Assembly: GCA_910589145.1 (NCBI GenBank)
Contig: CAJUSD010000001.1
Span: 144,184-208,183 of the forward strand
Reading direction: 5' to 3'
DNA from: an uncultured Oscillospiraceae bacterium
Lineage (GTDB): Bacteria; Bacillota; Clostridia; Oscillospirales; Ruminococcaceae
Length of the DNA stretch: 64,000 nucleotides
The stretch's first letter is position 1; each line of letters starts with the position of its first letter. The position numbers and the translations under genes are program-made. The notes under the pieces are model-generated. The model saw only the letters and a list, made by a program, of their open reading frames with translations, had not been told where the DNA came from and made no database searches. Below, piece by piece: positions 43,707 to 53,784 of this stretch.

Positions 43707-44381
43707 ATGCAGTCAAAAATCCTCATTGTTGACGATGAACCGGACATTGTGACAATGCTCCGGCAGTTTTTCACATCCAAAGGCTACCAGGTTTTCACTG
43801 CTGCCAACGGCGGCGAAGCCCTCTGTCAAGCCGGAAAAGCTCCTGATCTCATTCTCCTTGACATCCAAATGCCGGATATAGACGGCTTAGAAGTCTGCCG
43901 CCGTATCCGGGGTCATATCCCCTGCCCCATCCTGTTCCTCACTGCCCGCATCGAAGACGCCGACAAAGTAAAAGGCTTCTCGGCAGGTGGGGATGATTAT
44001 ATCGTCAAGCCCTTTTCCCTGATAGAATTGGAAGCCCGCATCCAGGCCCATCTCCGGCGGGAGGCGCGCAGCCGGAGCGAAGCACAGGTGAAATTTTCCG
44101 GCGACCTTACCATCGACTATTCTGAGCGAACCCTGTCCCTGCAAAACAAAAAAATCCCCCTGGCAAAAAAGGAATTCGACATTGTGGAGCTTCTCTCCCA
44201 GAACGCGGGACAGGTTTTCGACAAAGAACGGATTTATGAGCGTGTTTGGGGCTGTGACAGCGATGGAGACAGCAGCGTTGTAGCGGAGCATATCCGGCGG
44301 ATACGCTCCAAGCTGTCCGCCCGTACCGGCAAAACCTATATAGAAACTGTCTGGGGGTGCGGCTACAAATGGAGCAGATAA
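43707..44381 (+). CDS. OmpR-family response regulator
   Basis: The receiver domain has ILIVDDEPDI...LILLDIQMPDIDG, and the winged-helix C-terminus has TVWGCGYKW. ATG 43707 has RBS aaggagg. Confidence 0.9.
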   Translation: MQSKILIVDDEPDIVTMLRQFFTSKGYQVFTAANGGEALCQAGKAPDLILLDIQMPDIDGLEVCRRIRGHIPCPILFLTARIEDADKVKGFSAGGDDYIVKPFSLIELEARIQAHLRREARSRSEAQVKFSGDLTIDYSERTLSLQNKKIPLAKKEFDIVELLSQNAGQVFDKERIYERVWGCDSDGDSSVVAEHIRRIRSKLSARTGKTYIETVWGCGYKWSR

Positions 44382-45547
44382 AAAGCTTATGGCGGAACCT
44401 CTCCCTTCAAAAAAGCCTCTTATGCTGTGTCATAGTCTTTGGAGTATTGGACTTTATTCTCTGTGCTGCTACCTTTTCCCTCTGCGAAAGGGCTGATTCC
44501 GGTATCCGGGAAAAATATCCATTTTTAGGAGAAACCTACTATCTGACCACCGAGGACGGAAAACGCCTAGGAGAAGGAACCAAAATCGGCATTGGGCCTG
44601 TTCCGTTTTCCGAAGACGATGAACAAAAGGTCAGGCTTTTAAACTTCCTCCCGATTGCCGCCACACCGGTGTATTCGACAGCCTGTGTAGCGCTTGGGAT
44701 CATGATCTTTTACCGCAGCAAGCTGAAAAAGCCCCTTCTCCTGCTCCGGTCTGCGTCAGAAAAAATCTCCCGCAGCGACCTTGATTTTTCCTTGGGCTAT
44801 GACAGCAAAGACGAAATGGGGCAGCTCTGTCAGTCCTTTGAAACCATGCGCTCCATGCTGGCGGCGAATTTCTCCGAGATGTGGCGGCAGATTGAGGAGC
44901 GCAAACAGCTTAACGCTGCCTTTGCCCACGACCTGCGGACCCCTTTGACGGTGCTGAAAGGCTATAATGAAATGCTCCAAACCAGTCCAGAGCCGTTCAC
45001 GCAGGAAACCGCACTCACCATGGAAAAGCATATCAAGCGGCTGGAACAGTATGTTTCCAGCATGAGCCGTCTGCGCCGTCTGGAAGACATGGAACCGGAA
45101 TACAGAGAAATTCTGCTGGATGAGCTTTTAAATACCCTGAAAGAAACAGGTGAAATGGAGTGCCGCGCCCACGGGAAGGAATTCCACTTTCACAACAGGA
45201 TATTTTCGGAAAGCTGGCAGATGGATGAAGGCTTTCTCTCCCAGGTATGCAGCAACCTGACGGCAAACGCTGCCCGCTATGCAGCTTCGGAAGTAACTCT
45301 TTCCATCAAGGAGGAATCCGGCGGGCTGTGTCTGGAAGTCACCGACAACGGCCCCGGCTTTTCCAAAGAAAGCCTGCATAAAGCTATTACGCCTTATTAT
45401 ACTGATACCTGCGGCAAGGACAACGGTGAGCATTTTGGACTTGGCCTGTACATCTGCCGGATATTATGCGAGCATCACGGCGGATACCTGAAAATAGAGA
45501 ACCTTCCCAACGGGGCTAAGGTGAAAAGTTTTTTCAGCATGAAATAG
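44369..45547 (+). CDS. Sensor histidine kinase (TM-HAMP-HisKA-HATPase_c)
   Basis: Has the H-box FAHDLRTPLT, N-box NLTANAARYA and G-box DNGPGF...GLGLYICR. Confidence 0.9.
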   Translation: MEQIKSLWRNLSLQKSLLCCVIVFGVLDFILCAATFSLCERADSGIREKYPFLGETYYLTTEDGKRLGEGTKIGIGPVPFSEDDEQKVRLLNFLPIAATPVYSTACVALGIMIFYRSKLKKPLLLLRSASEKISRSDLDFSLGYDSKDEMGQLCQSFETMRSMLAANFSEMWRQIEERKQLNAAFAHDLRTPLTVLKGYNEMLQTSPEPFTQETALTMEKHIKRLEQYVSSMSRLRRLEDMEPEYREILLDELLNTLKETGEMECRAHGKEFHFHNRIFSESWQMDEGFLSQVCSNLTANAARYAASEVTLSIKEESGGLCLEVTDNGPGFSKESLHKAITPYYTDTCGKDNGEHFGLGLYICRILCEHHGGYLKIENLPNGAKVKSFFSMK

Positions 45548-45661
45548 CAATTCTTCGCACTCTGTAAAATTACCGAGCAAGGATTGAAACAAAAGTAGAT
45601 AAAAAATAGATAAATTACTTGTAAAATCTCCTTGTAACATAAAACAAGGAGGTTTTTCTTT

Positions 45662-46159
45662 ATGGAAAACAACATTCAAAAACTACTCATAGGATTTCTG
45701 GCTGCGTCTGTACTTGCAGTATCCCTGATAGGGTGTTCTGCAAAAGGGACTCTTTCTTCTCAATCCGGCGGCTCTTCTCAAAGTGAAAGCAAGCTGACAA
45801 ACCAGCCTGAGCAGGAAGCCTATTCCCTTGATATCCCAGAAGAAGACTGGACTCCTGTTTCTATGGGAATGTGGGCTGCTTTGAAAGATTCCCAGGTTTT
45901 AACCAGCGTCCGCATCTGGGTTGTTTCCTTTGAGGGACAGACGGCGGAGCAGGCCAGGGAATCCCTTGCCGCTGACGATTACCAACCAGACGGCGAAACC
46001 ATCCAACGGGAAAAGGAAGGCGTTATCAGCAAAGTGTCGCTGTACGAATCAAAGGGCGGCACTTGGGGGCTGTTCTATTCCTATCCCTCCGGCGAAGCGG
46101 AGCAATGGGAAACCGAGCTGTCTGCCATTGTGGAAACCTTCCAGCTTTCCAGCAACTAA
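45662..46159 (+). CDS. Lipoprotein of unknown function
   Basis: 165 aa. Lipobox is LIGC/SAKG. RBS is aaggagg. Confidence 0.7.
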   Translation: MENNIQKLLIGFLAASVLAVSLIGCSAKGTLSSQSGGSSQSESKLTNQPEQEAYSLDIPEEDWTPVSMGMWAALKDSQVLTSVRIWVVSFEGQTAEQARESLAADDYQPDGETIQREKEGVISKVSLYESKGGTWGLFYSYPSGEAEQWETELSAIVETFQLSSN

Positions 46160-46174
46160 AAAGGAGCATATAAC

Positions 46175-47047
46175 ATGGAATTAAAAACCATTGAGCTTAC
46201 CAAGCGATACAGCACCAAAACGGCGGTCAGCAATATGAGCCTGACACTTAGAAAGGGGGTTAATGGCCTTCTTGGGGCCAACGGCGCAGGAAAAACCACA
46301 TTCATGCGCCTGCTGTGCACCCTGCAAGCGCCGACCTCCGGGGAGATCCTTTTAAACGGGGAAAGTGTGCGGGGGCTTGGAGAGGATTACTGGAAGCTTC
46401 TGGGATACCTGCCCCAGAACTTCGGGTACTACCCCCATTTCAGTGCATTCGATTTTCTTCTGTATGCGTCGGCCTTAAAGGGACTGGACAAAACCGCTGC
46501 CAAGAAAAAATCCGCAGAGCTTCTGGAAGCAGTAGGGCTTATAGGAGATGCCAACCGCAAAATCAAAACCTTTTCCGGCGGCATGAAACAACGCTTGGGA
46601 ATTGCCCAGGCCATGCTGAATGACCCACATATTTTAATTTTAGACGAACCCACCGCCGGCCTTGACCCCAAGGAACGGGTGCGGTTCCGCAATCTCATCA
46701 GCCTTTTTGCCAAAGACCGGATTGTTTTGTTGTCCACCCATATTGTGTCTGATGTAGAATCCATTGCCGAAAAAATCATTCTGATGAAAACAGGACAGGT
46801 TATCCAGTTTGGCAGCCCGTCGGAGATTATCTCTGAAATTGAAGGAAATGTGTGGGAATATACAGTCACTCCCCAGCAGGCGGAAGAATATACTTCCTGG
46901 TTCGATGTCAGCAATCTTCGGCAGGAAAACGGGAAAATGACTCTGCGGATCATCAGCGGGCAAGCCCCTGGCCCGGAAGCGGTCAGCGTTCCGCCAACTC
47001 TGGAAGACCTGTATCTGTATTACTTTAAAGGAGCGGAAAAGCCATGA
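46175..47047 (+). CDS. ABC transporter ATP-binding protein
   Basis: Has Walker A GANGAGKTT, signature FSGGMKQRL and Walker B ILILDEPT. Confidence 0.9.
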   Translation: MELKTIELTKRYSTKTAVSNMSLTLRKGVNGLLGANGAGKTTFMRLLCTLQAPTSGEILLNGESVRGLGEDYWKLLGYLPQNFGYYPHFSAFDFLLYASALKGLDKTAAKKKSAELLEAVGLIGDANRKIKTFSGGMKQRLGIAQAMLNDPHILILDEPTAGLDPKERVRFRNLISLFAKDRIVLLSTHIVSDVESIAEKIILMKTGQVIQFGSPSEIISEIEGNVWEYTVTPQQAEEYTSWFDVSNLRQENGKMTLRIISGQAPGPEAVSVPPTLEDLYLYYFKGAEKP

Positions 47048-48123
47048 AAGATTTAACCAGGTTCGAGCTGCGCAAGGTTTTGGAACGCCCCATCATTTGG
47101 GGAGGTCTTTTGCTGGTTCTGTTGTTCTCCCTGCTTTTGTCCTATTCCAGCTATTGGAATATGTACGCCTTCGATCCCTTGCTTCAAATGGAGGGAAAGG
47201 GGAAAACCGCCGTTGAAATCAACAAGGCTGCCGCTGCACGATATGACGGAATCCTCACCGATGAAAAAGTTCAGCAGATGCTTTCCGACCTTGCACCGAA
47301 AACCCGCCCAGGCGGGATAAACGCCATTTATCTTGGAGTAAACGCTGTCTGGTCGGCTGTGGCTCCCCATTTTTCCAATCCAGAAGGGCATTGGAATGGG
47401 GCAGCGGTCTCTGATGTATATGGGGATGAGGCCATTAAAATTGGGTATGTTGATGGATGGCTGACTATAAGCTCCAATATGGTCCAGATTTTTATCATTT
47501 TGTCCTTTGTGCTGATTCTGGCTGTGTCCTCTGTTTTCTCCGGCGAATATGGCGGAGTTGACAGCATTATCCTCACCGCCCGATACGGCCGCTCCAAATG
47601 TGCTGCTGCGAAAATCGCCGCCAGCTTAATCACATCGGCGGGAGCTTTCCTTGTAATTGCTGGGGCAAATCTGCTGCTTGCCTTCCTGTTTTACGGAAAA
47701 GAGGGCCTGGACTGCAGCATACTCTTTGCACCCTTGGAGTTTGCAGAAAGATTCATCCCCTTCAATATTACAGTTGGAGAACTGCTTTGTTATCAGATTC
47801 TTTTGGGCTTCACCAATGTGATCTCTGTAACAGGAATCGCTTTGGCGCTCTCTGCCCTCTCCCAAAACCAGCTTTCCGCTTTTGTGGTCTGTGCGGCGCT
47901 GTATATGCTGCCGATCCTTGTCCCAGTACCGGAAACCAGCGGATTTTTTCACATCCTCGCACTTTTGCCGCTGTTTCATGTGCAGTTTGTGTCCCTTATG
48001 GCTATTGAGCAGATGGGGAGCGGGCTGTTATACGCGGTTTGGGCTTTGCCGGTTTCTGTTCTTTTTATTGTAACGGGGGGAGTTATTGCGTATAAGGCAT
48101 TTGCGGCACATCAGGTTTCTTAG
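47044..48123 (+). CDS. ABC-2 type transporter permease
   Basis: 359 aa. One N-terminal TM, an extracytoplasmic loop, then 5 TM. Overlaps the ATPase gene by 4 nt. Confidence 0.75.
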   Translation: MKDLTRFELRKVLERPIIWGGLLLVLLFSLLLSYSSYWNMYAFDPLLQMEGKGKTAVEINKAAAARYDGILTDEKVQQMLSDLAPKTRPGGINAIYLGVNAVWSAVAPHFSNPEGHWNGAAVSDVYGDEAIKIGYVDGWLTISSNMVQIFIILSFVLILAVSSVFSGEYGGVDSIILTARYGRSKCAAAKIAASLITSAGAFLVIAGANLLLAFLFYGKEGLDCSILFAPLEFAERFIPFNITVGELLCYQILLGFTNVISVTGIALALSALSQNQLSAFVVCAALYMLPILVPVPETSGFFHILALLPLFHVQFVSLMAIEQMGSGLLYAVWALPVSVLFIVTGGVIAYKAFAAHQVS

Positions 48124-48125
48124 AG

Positions 48126-48299
48126 CCCGTTTAGGATCTCAACATGTGCGGATTAACGAGCGGATTTTTTGCCCGGCAAGGCAAAGAAGCCGTGTGTTGG
48201 CAGGCAGCCAACGCGCAATCCTGACGATTGCAAGGGTTTTTAACGCAGTCCGGGCGGAAAATCTGCCGATAAGACGTGCGCAGGGAGATTCTGAACAGG
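48126..48299. repeat. A-family diverged copy (A5, about 174 bp)
   Basis: Arms cccgtttaggatctc and gagattctgaacagg match 12/15. The core shares gattttttgcc, ggcaggc, gcaaggg and gggcggaaaat words with A4. Starts 3 nt after the stop codon. Confidence 0.5.
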
Positions 48300-48389
48300 C
48301 CCTTAACCAATGAAGCATAGTAGAGGGAAGACCTTCAGCAAAGAACCGCCTATAGCAGTCTAAACCTTTTTTCATTTGCTTTCTCAAAC

Positions 48390-48797
48390 TCACAGTTCTC
48401 CGCTGCAAAAATCTGCCAAAGTAAACTGTACAAGGTAATCCGAAATTACCTTGTACAACCCCTGCCATAGCGGGAACGTCCGGCAACCCTTTCTCCGGGG
48501 ACAAACGGCCTGCCCTGGCGCCAAACAGGCAACAGGAACCAGCGGCCCCTCTATCAGCTCAATAATATCCTTCACATTATACTCATCCGGGGAGCGGTTC
48601 AGCCTGTACCCGCCGCCTTTCCCCCGCATAGCATCAAGCAGACCGCCTTTTACCAATTCTTTTACAATAATCTCCAAATATTTTTCTGAAATCTCCTGGC
48701 GTGACGCCGCGTCTTTCAACGGGACAAAGCCGTCTGCCTGATGTTCTGCAATATCCGCCAGAAACCGAAGCGCGTACCTGCCTTTTGTAGAAATCAT
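48390..48797 (-). CDS. Rrf2 family transcriptional regulator (CymR/IscR-like)
   Basis: Has MISTKGRYALRFLADIA and ISEKYLEIIVKELVKGGLL. ATG 48797 is preferred over 48809. Confidence 0.85.
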   Translation of the reverse strand: MISTKGRYALRFLADIAEHQADGFVPLKDAASRQEISEKYLEIIVKELVKGGLLDAMRGKGGGYRLNRSPDEYNVKDIIELIEGPLVPVACLAPGQAVCPRRKGCRTFPLWQGLYKVISDYLVQFTLADFCSGEL

Positions 48798-48835
48798 CAA
48801 AAAAACCATCTCCTTTATACCCTATCATACCACAA

Positions 48836-48897
48836 GGTAAATAGGTTTTCAATAAAGGAATAAACCTATTGACAAAGTGGGTAAATAGGTTTATAAT
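48836..48897 (+). promoter_or_regulatory. metY promoter with repeated candidate Rrf2 operator half-sites
   Basis: TTGACA (48869-48874), 17 nt, TATAAT (48892-48897). ggtaaataggttt is repeated at 48836-48848 and 48880-48892, with inverted aaacctatt at 48862-48870. Confidence 0.55.
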
Positions 48898-48931
48898 GCT
48901 ATCACATCCACTAAGAAAGGGGAATTTTCCC

Positions 48932-50221
48932 ATGGGCAAATATAAATTTGAAACTTTGCAGCTTCATGTGGGGCAGGAACAGCCCGACCCCGCTACTGAT
49001 TCCAGGGCAGTACCCATTTACCAGACAACCTCCTATGTTTTCCGGGATTCTGCCCATGCTGCCGCCCGTTTTGGGCTGGCTGACGCCGGAAACATCTATG
49101 GCAGGCTGACCAATTCCACACAGGACGTGCTGGAAAAGCGGATCGCGGCACTGGAAGGAGGCGCGGCGGCACTGGCAACCGCTTCCGGCGCGGCAGCTAT
49201 CACCTATACCATCCAGGCGCTGGCACAGGAAGGGGATCACATTGTAGCCCAAAAGACCATCTATGGCGGCAGCTATAACCTTCTGGCCCATACCCTGCCC
49301 CAGTATGGAATCCAGACAACCTTTGTAGACGCCCATAATCTGAAAGAGGCCGCCTCGTCCATCCAGCCCAATACAAAAGCCATTTATCTGGAAACCCTGG
49401 GCAACCCCAACAGCGATATTCCCGACATAGACGCGATTGCAGAAATTGCCCATTCCCATAAACTGCCCCTGGTGATTGACAACACATTTGGTACTCCCTA
49501 CCTGATCCGTCCCATTGAGCATGGGGCTGATATTGTTGTACACTCTGCCACCAAGTTCATTGGGGGACACGGAACCACCTTGGGCGGCATCATTGTAGAC
49601 AGCGGCAGGTTTGACTGGAAGGCAGCCGGCAAATTCGCCCCTATTGCGGAGCCGAACCCCAGCTATCACGGGGTAAGCTTTGTAGACGCCGCTGGGCCTG
49701 CGGCTTTCGTTACATATGTACGGGCTATCCTCCTGCGGGATACCGGGGCGGCTATTTCGCCCTTTAACGCCTTTTTGCTGCTTCAGGGGGTGGAAACCCT
49801 CTCACTGCGCTTGGAACGTCATGCAGAGAACACAAAAAAAGTGGTGGGTTTCCTGTCTGCCCATCCCCGGGTAGAGAAGGTCAACCATCCTTCCCTGCCC
49901 GGCCATCCCGACCACGCTTTGTATGAAAAATATTTCCCCAATGGCGGCGGGTCTATCTTTACCTTTGATATCAAAGGCGGACAGGCTGAAGCGTATAAGT
50001 TTATTGACAGCCTGGAGGTATTTTCCCTGCTTGCCAATGTTGCAGATGTGAAATCCCTGGTTATCCATCCTGCTACAACCACCCATTCCCAGCTTTCCCC
50101 GGAGGAATTGCTGGATCAAGGCGTCAAACCCAATACTATCCGCCTGTCGATTGGCACAGAACATATTGACGATATCCTGGCTGACCTGGAAAAAGGCTTT
50201 GCCGCTGTAGCAAAGGGATAA
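48932..50221 (+). CDS. metY: O-acetylhomoserine/O-acetylserine sulfhydrylase (PLP-dependent)
   Basis: 429 aa from ATG 48932. Has FETLQLHVGQ, the SATKFIGGHG PLP-lysine motif, and ADVKSLVIHPATTTH. Confidence 0.9.
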   Translation: MGKYKFETLQLHVGQEQPDPATDSRAVPIYQTTSYVFRDSAHAAARFGLADAGNIYGRLTNSTQDVLEKRIAALEGGAAALATASGAAAITYTIQALAQEGDHIVAQKTIYGGSYNLLAHTLPQYGIQTTFVDAHNLKEAASSIQPNTKAIYLETLGNPNSDIPDIDAIAEIAHSHKLPLVIDNTFGTPYLIRPIEHGADIVVHSATKFIGGHGTTLGGIIVDSGRFDWKAAGKFAPIAEPNPSYHGVSFVDAAGPAAFVTYVRAILLRDTGAAISPFNAFLLLQGVETLSLRLERHAENTKKVVGFLSAHPRVEKVNHPSLPGHPDHALYEKYFPNGGGSIFTFDIKGGQAEAYKFIDSLEVFSLLANVADVKSLVIHPATTTHSQLSPEELLDQGVKPNTIRLSIGTEHIDDILADLEKGFAAVAKG

Positions 50222-50238
50222 TGGAAGAAACGCTCAAT

Positions 50239-50289
50239 ATGTACACAGACTAAATTGTACACATCTTGGTCTGTGTACATATTGTTTTT
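50239..50289 (+). terminator. Intrinsic terminator after metY
   Basis: atgtacacagac ... gtctgtgtacat followed by attgttttt. Confidence 0.6.
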
Positions 50290-50392
50290 AGGAATGATCT
50301 GCATATAACAGCTCCTTTCTTGTGGCTATATTACACCCTAAATTAAGATATAAATCAAGGGACAGCATGGTATTTTTATATTTTAACTCCAC

Positions 50393-50438
50393 AATAAAAA
50401 CAGCCATAGAATCGGTTTTTGCCCGATTCTATGGCTGT
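50393..50438 (-). terminator. Intrinsic terminator after the CPBP gene
   Basis: Stem is acagccatagaatcgg / ccgattctatggctgt, with tttttatt on the minus strand. Confidence 0.7.
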
Positions 50439-50456
50439 TCTGGCATATATTTCCCA

Positions 50457-51056
50457 TTATATGACCGAAAACAAAGAAATGATCCCGGAAAACAAATTGC
50501 TTATAAAGTGAATCATCCAGCTTGGAAAAATCGACCCATTTGCTTTCTGCTCGTTTACATATCCCATTGCATAAGCAATTCCCCCGGTACAGAGAACAAG
50601 GACAGCCGCCTTTACAATTCCAACAAATGGGGCAAACATCATTCCATGGAGCATGCCAAAAACAATGCTCTGTATCATATTAGCGGTTGGGAAGAAGCAG
50701 ACACGGTTGAGCCCCTTCAGCAGGAAGCCTCGGAAAAAGATTTCTTCCGGCAGGGATGTATTCAGCAGGGCATATAAAACCACGCTGGGAAGGCCGGCAA
50801 GCCCCAGCCCGTCAAACTGTGAAACAGCGGATTCAACATCCCTAATGATGAACATTGCAAAGCAGCCCACCGCAAAAAAAGCAGCCAAAATGACAACAGA
50901 ATATACAGCGGCTTCTTTTTTATGTTCAATTCTCCGAAAGCCAAGCCAGGAAAGGAAGCCTTCTTTGTTACGCCGCCCGACCAGCCACCAGAAAAAGGGA
51001 ATCAAGCTGAATAGAAGGATTTCCAGAATACTGCTGGCCAGAATCTGAACAAACAT
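50457..51056 (-). CDS. CPBP family intramembrane glutamic endopeptidase (CAAX/Abi)
   Basis: Has the EEIFFRGFL and FGMLH motifs. ATG 51056 has RBS ggaggtg. Confidence 0.85.
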   Translation of the reverse strand: MFVQILASSILEILLFSLIPFFWWLVGRRNKEGFLSWLGFRRIEHKKEAAVYSVVILAAFFAVGCFAMFIIRDVESAVSQFDGLGLAGLPSVVLYALLNTSLPEEIFFRGFLLKGLNRVCFFPTANMIQSIVFGMLHGMMFAPFVGIVKAAVLVLCTGGIAYAMGYVNEQKANGSIFPSWMIHFISNLFSGIISLFSVI

Positions 51057-51072
51057 TTCAAAACACCTCCAG

Positions 51073-52605
51073 CTATCTTTTCCTCGCACTTTTTGCCGCT
51101 TCCTTAGCGGCCCTTTTCTCCCGCTCCATCTGTTCCGCCAGATTCCTCATAGCTATGCCGCCGTTTTCAAAAGCAGCCTCTACTTCCCTTCCAATGGCGG
51201 AAACTTCCTCCGCGCTGGGGGATGTATCTCCATATCTCACCCGGTCATAAACCGGATTCATCTTCTCAAAAACCGGCTCCAAGGGTGTTTCCCGGTTTTT
51301 ACCCAGAATTTGCCCAGTGGTATCGCTGGATACCACCCCTGTGTTTCCGGTTTTGGCGGTCATAACCATCAGGCGGTATCCACCCCGCACCTTCTCCACA
51401 GGATCGGTGAGCTTCTGCCATTGTTTCAGCGCCTTTTTCAGCTCCCTCTTTGTGCGGAAGGATGCGCTTTCCTTTGGCCCGTCATCCTGGGTCAAAACTT
51501 CCACGTCGTCGGTATAATACCCTTCTTCTGCACCCATTTCCCGGAAGTGGAACTTTCCCATCAGGAAATTGTAGATTGCAGTACCGATCCTGGAAAACCA
51601 GCCCCGTATACTCCTGAAAATCGCCTTTCGATTGCTGGCCAGCAGATAAACCGCCAGCGCAATCAGCAGTACATAGAGGATATTCCACAATGGATTAGTG
51701 GCTGCACCCTGGGCAAGCGTTTCATAAATTGAGGTATCAGGTTTTCCGCTCCCGCCTACTTCCCCATCCTCCTGGCCCCGTCCCAGAACTGAGAGAATAA
51801 ACATGATAATATAGATAACCAGCAGCAGGATCTTTTTGCCCAACCAGATCAGTCCGGCAAAAATCTGATTTCCAAACAGCAGTCCTGAAAAGATAATCAA
51901 CAGCAGCCCGGCAATCATAATAAGATTATAAAGCCGGATCTTTCCTGGAAGGGACGCTTTATTGTGCCGCCTGCGCTCCATCATGCTGTCAATGTTGCCC
52001 TGGTTCATAAGGATAATAGAGAACACCACTGTTATACCAAAGGATAGGGATAACGTAGCAACATGAAACTGAACAGGGATTGTATCGTTGAAAAAAGCAA
52101 TAAATACCAGAGCAGCTACATATATTCCCGATCCACGTATAAAATGTGAAAATTCAAAGGAGGTTGTATAGCTGCCAGGCATATTCCTAGCAGCAAGTAT
52201 CCATCCAGCAATTAAAATTCCCGTACATAGAAAAAGATGGGCTGTACGCCTGATGACAATATCAGGCACATCCGCAGGAACAGGCCAAAGCAGAAGCGCA
52301 ATCAGCAGGCAGACAATAGGTGCAGCAGTATACATCATAATGTGCAGGGATTTGGAGACAGATTTCTGTGGAGCAGGTCTATTATCGTATCGGCAGGAAA
52401 TCCAGCCGAGCAATGCACCAAAGCCTCCTGCCAACGCCATGCCTGCTGAAATGCGTGCCATCTGCACCCATCCAAAAATTCCCCCGCCCAAGGTTAAATT
52501 GCACACTGCCAGCAGCGGAAGTATTGAAAGGGGCTGAACAGCAACAGCCATTCCCTTTAAAAGAAGGAACAGAGGCTTTCGGTCTTGGTTTTCTTCTGGT
52601 TTCAT
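51073..52605 (-). CDS. Polytopic membrane protein with C-terminal DUF4129-like domain
   Basis: 510 aa. It is the third gene of a MoxR-DUF58 operon. The C-terminus has VYDRVRYGDTSPSAEEV. I see no transglutaminase Cys-His-Asp core. Confidence 0.55.
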   Translation of the reverse strand: MKPEENQDRKPLFLLLKGMAVAVQPLSILPLLAVCNLTLGGGIFGWVQMARISAGMALAGGFGALLGWISCRYDNRPAPQKSVSKSLHIMMYTAAPIVCLLIALLLWPVPADVPDIVIRRTAHLFLCTGILIAGWILAARNMPGSYTTSFEFSHFIRGSGIYVAALVFIAFFNDTIPVQFHVATLSLSFGITVVFSIILMNQGNIDSMMERRRHNKASLPGKIRLYNLIMIAGLLLIIFSGLLFGNQIFAGLIWLGKKILLLVIYIIMFILSVLGRGQEDGEVGGSGKPDTSIYETLAQGAATNPLWNILYVLLIALAVYLLASNRKAIFRSIRGWFSRIGTAIYNFLMGKFHFREMGAEEGYYTDDVEVLTQDDGPKESASFRTKRELKKALKQWQKLTDPVEKVRGGYRLMVMTAKTGNTGVVSSDTTGQILGKNRETPLEPVFEKMNPVYDRVRYGDTSPSAEEVSAIGREVEAAFENGGIAMRNLAEQMEREKRAAKEAAKSARKR

Positions 52606-53771
52606 TGTCCTGCTGCCTCCTTTTGGAAACCATCGTCTGTTTCATCCTTTAAAACAGCAAGTTCCTTTAAAATATTGATTTCAATATCATCGGGCATATT
52701 GGCAGAGGGAAAACCCACCAGAAAAATTGTTACCCGTTTGTCCTCCCTTATAGCTGCGCGGGCGTAGTCATAAATTTCATCGCATAAATAAGGGGTGACA
52801 ATCTGAATATCAGTGGAGGGAAAAATCTCCCCTCTGGCGCCGAGGTATGAGGGAAAATCCAGGCTGCTGCCTTTGGGAAAATTCGCCAGAGTATGCAGCA
52901 GTTCTAAAATATGCTCCCGCCCAAAATTCTGGCTGCTTTCAAAGGTTTCCTTGTCCTTCCCTTCCAAAGATGCATTGGAAGCCAATGAAACAGGGATGCT
53001 GTTTTCCAAAGTTTCCTCTAAAAGGGTCGCTGCCACACGGATACATTGCTCCATCCGCTCCTGGTCAATGGCCTCCCCCTGTTCAAACTGTCGGGACTGC
53101 ATATTTAAAACAACTGTGATGCTCTGCCGGGTGGTATATTCCATATTGCGGATCATAATCCGGCCCAGCTTGGCGGTGGCGTTCCAGTGGATATTTTTCA
53201 TGGGGTCGGAAGGCTGGTATTCCCGCACGCCGGAAACATAGAAGGGATCTGGGATCAACTGGTTGCGAACCGGATTGTCCCCTTGCAGGTATCTGGCGCT
53301 GACAAACATCTGGTCTAAGTCTACCGTCTGGGGCAGGACGGTTACACAAGCGGAAATGTCCGCTTTCTGGGAAACGACTTTTTGCCCCAAAAGGTCGGTA
53401 GAAACCAGGATCACGCTTTCAATGGGGAACACTCCCCGTTTCAGGCATTTAACCTTCCAGCGTCGGGTAACCTTCTGGTAACTTTTTACAAGGAAAAAAC
53501 TGGGTACAAATCGGGTATTATATGTAACAATCGACTGGGATCCCGCAAATTCCAGCCAGCGGCTGGTGGTAATCTCGGTTTTAAACCAGGGCAGAGGCAC
53601 CCATTTCCGGTTGTAAACCTGTTCTATCAGCTCTATTTCATCTCCCTCGAAGGCCTCAGGGCAATCGAAATCACAGCGATACTCGAAATTCTGGAAGGCT
53701 TTTTTTCCAAAGAGCAGCATCTGCCCCCAAAACAATACCGCCAGCAGAAACAAAATAACAAATATGGGCAT
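52602..53771 (-). CDS. DUF58 domain protein
   Basis: Has VREYQPSDPMKNIHWNATAKLGRIMIRNMEY. ATG 53771 (RBS aggagg, just after the MoxR stop) is preferred over 53909. Confidence 0.8.
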   Translation of the reverse strand: MPIFVILFLLAVLFWGQMLLFGKKAFQNFEYRCDFDCPEAFEGDEIELIEQVYNRKWVPLPWFKTEITTSRWLEFAGSQSIVTYNTRFVPSFFLVKSYQKVTRRWKVKCLKRGVFPIESVILVSTDLLGQKVVSQKADISACVTVLPQTVDLDQMFVSARYLQGDNPVRNQLIPDPFYVSGVREYQPSDPMKNIHWNATAKLGRIMIRNMEYTTRQSITVVLNMQSRQFEQGEAIDQERMEQCIRVAATLLEETLENSIPVSLASNASLEGKDKETFESSQNFGREHILELLHTLANFPKGSSLDFPSYLGARGEIFPSTDIQIVTPYLCDEIYDYARAAIREDKRVTIFLVGFPSANMPDDIEINILKELAVLKDETDDGFQKEAAGQ

Positions 53772-53784
53772 AATGAGGAACCTC

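Noticed and set aside
48911-49669. A 252-aa minus-strand ORF.
   Set aside because: It is antisense to metY, which has a PLP-lysine motif and full-length homology pattern. It is a shadow ORF.
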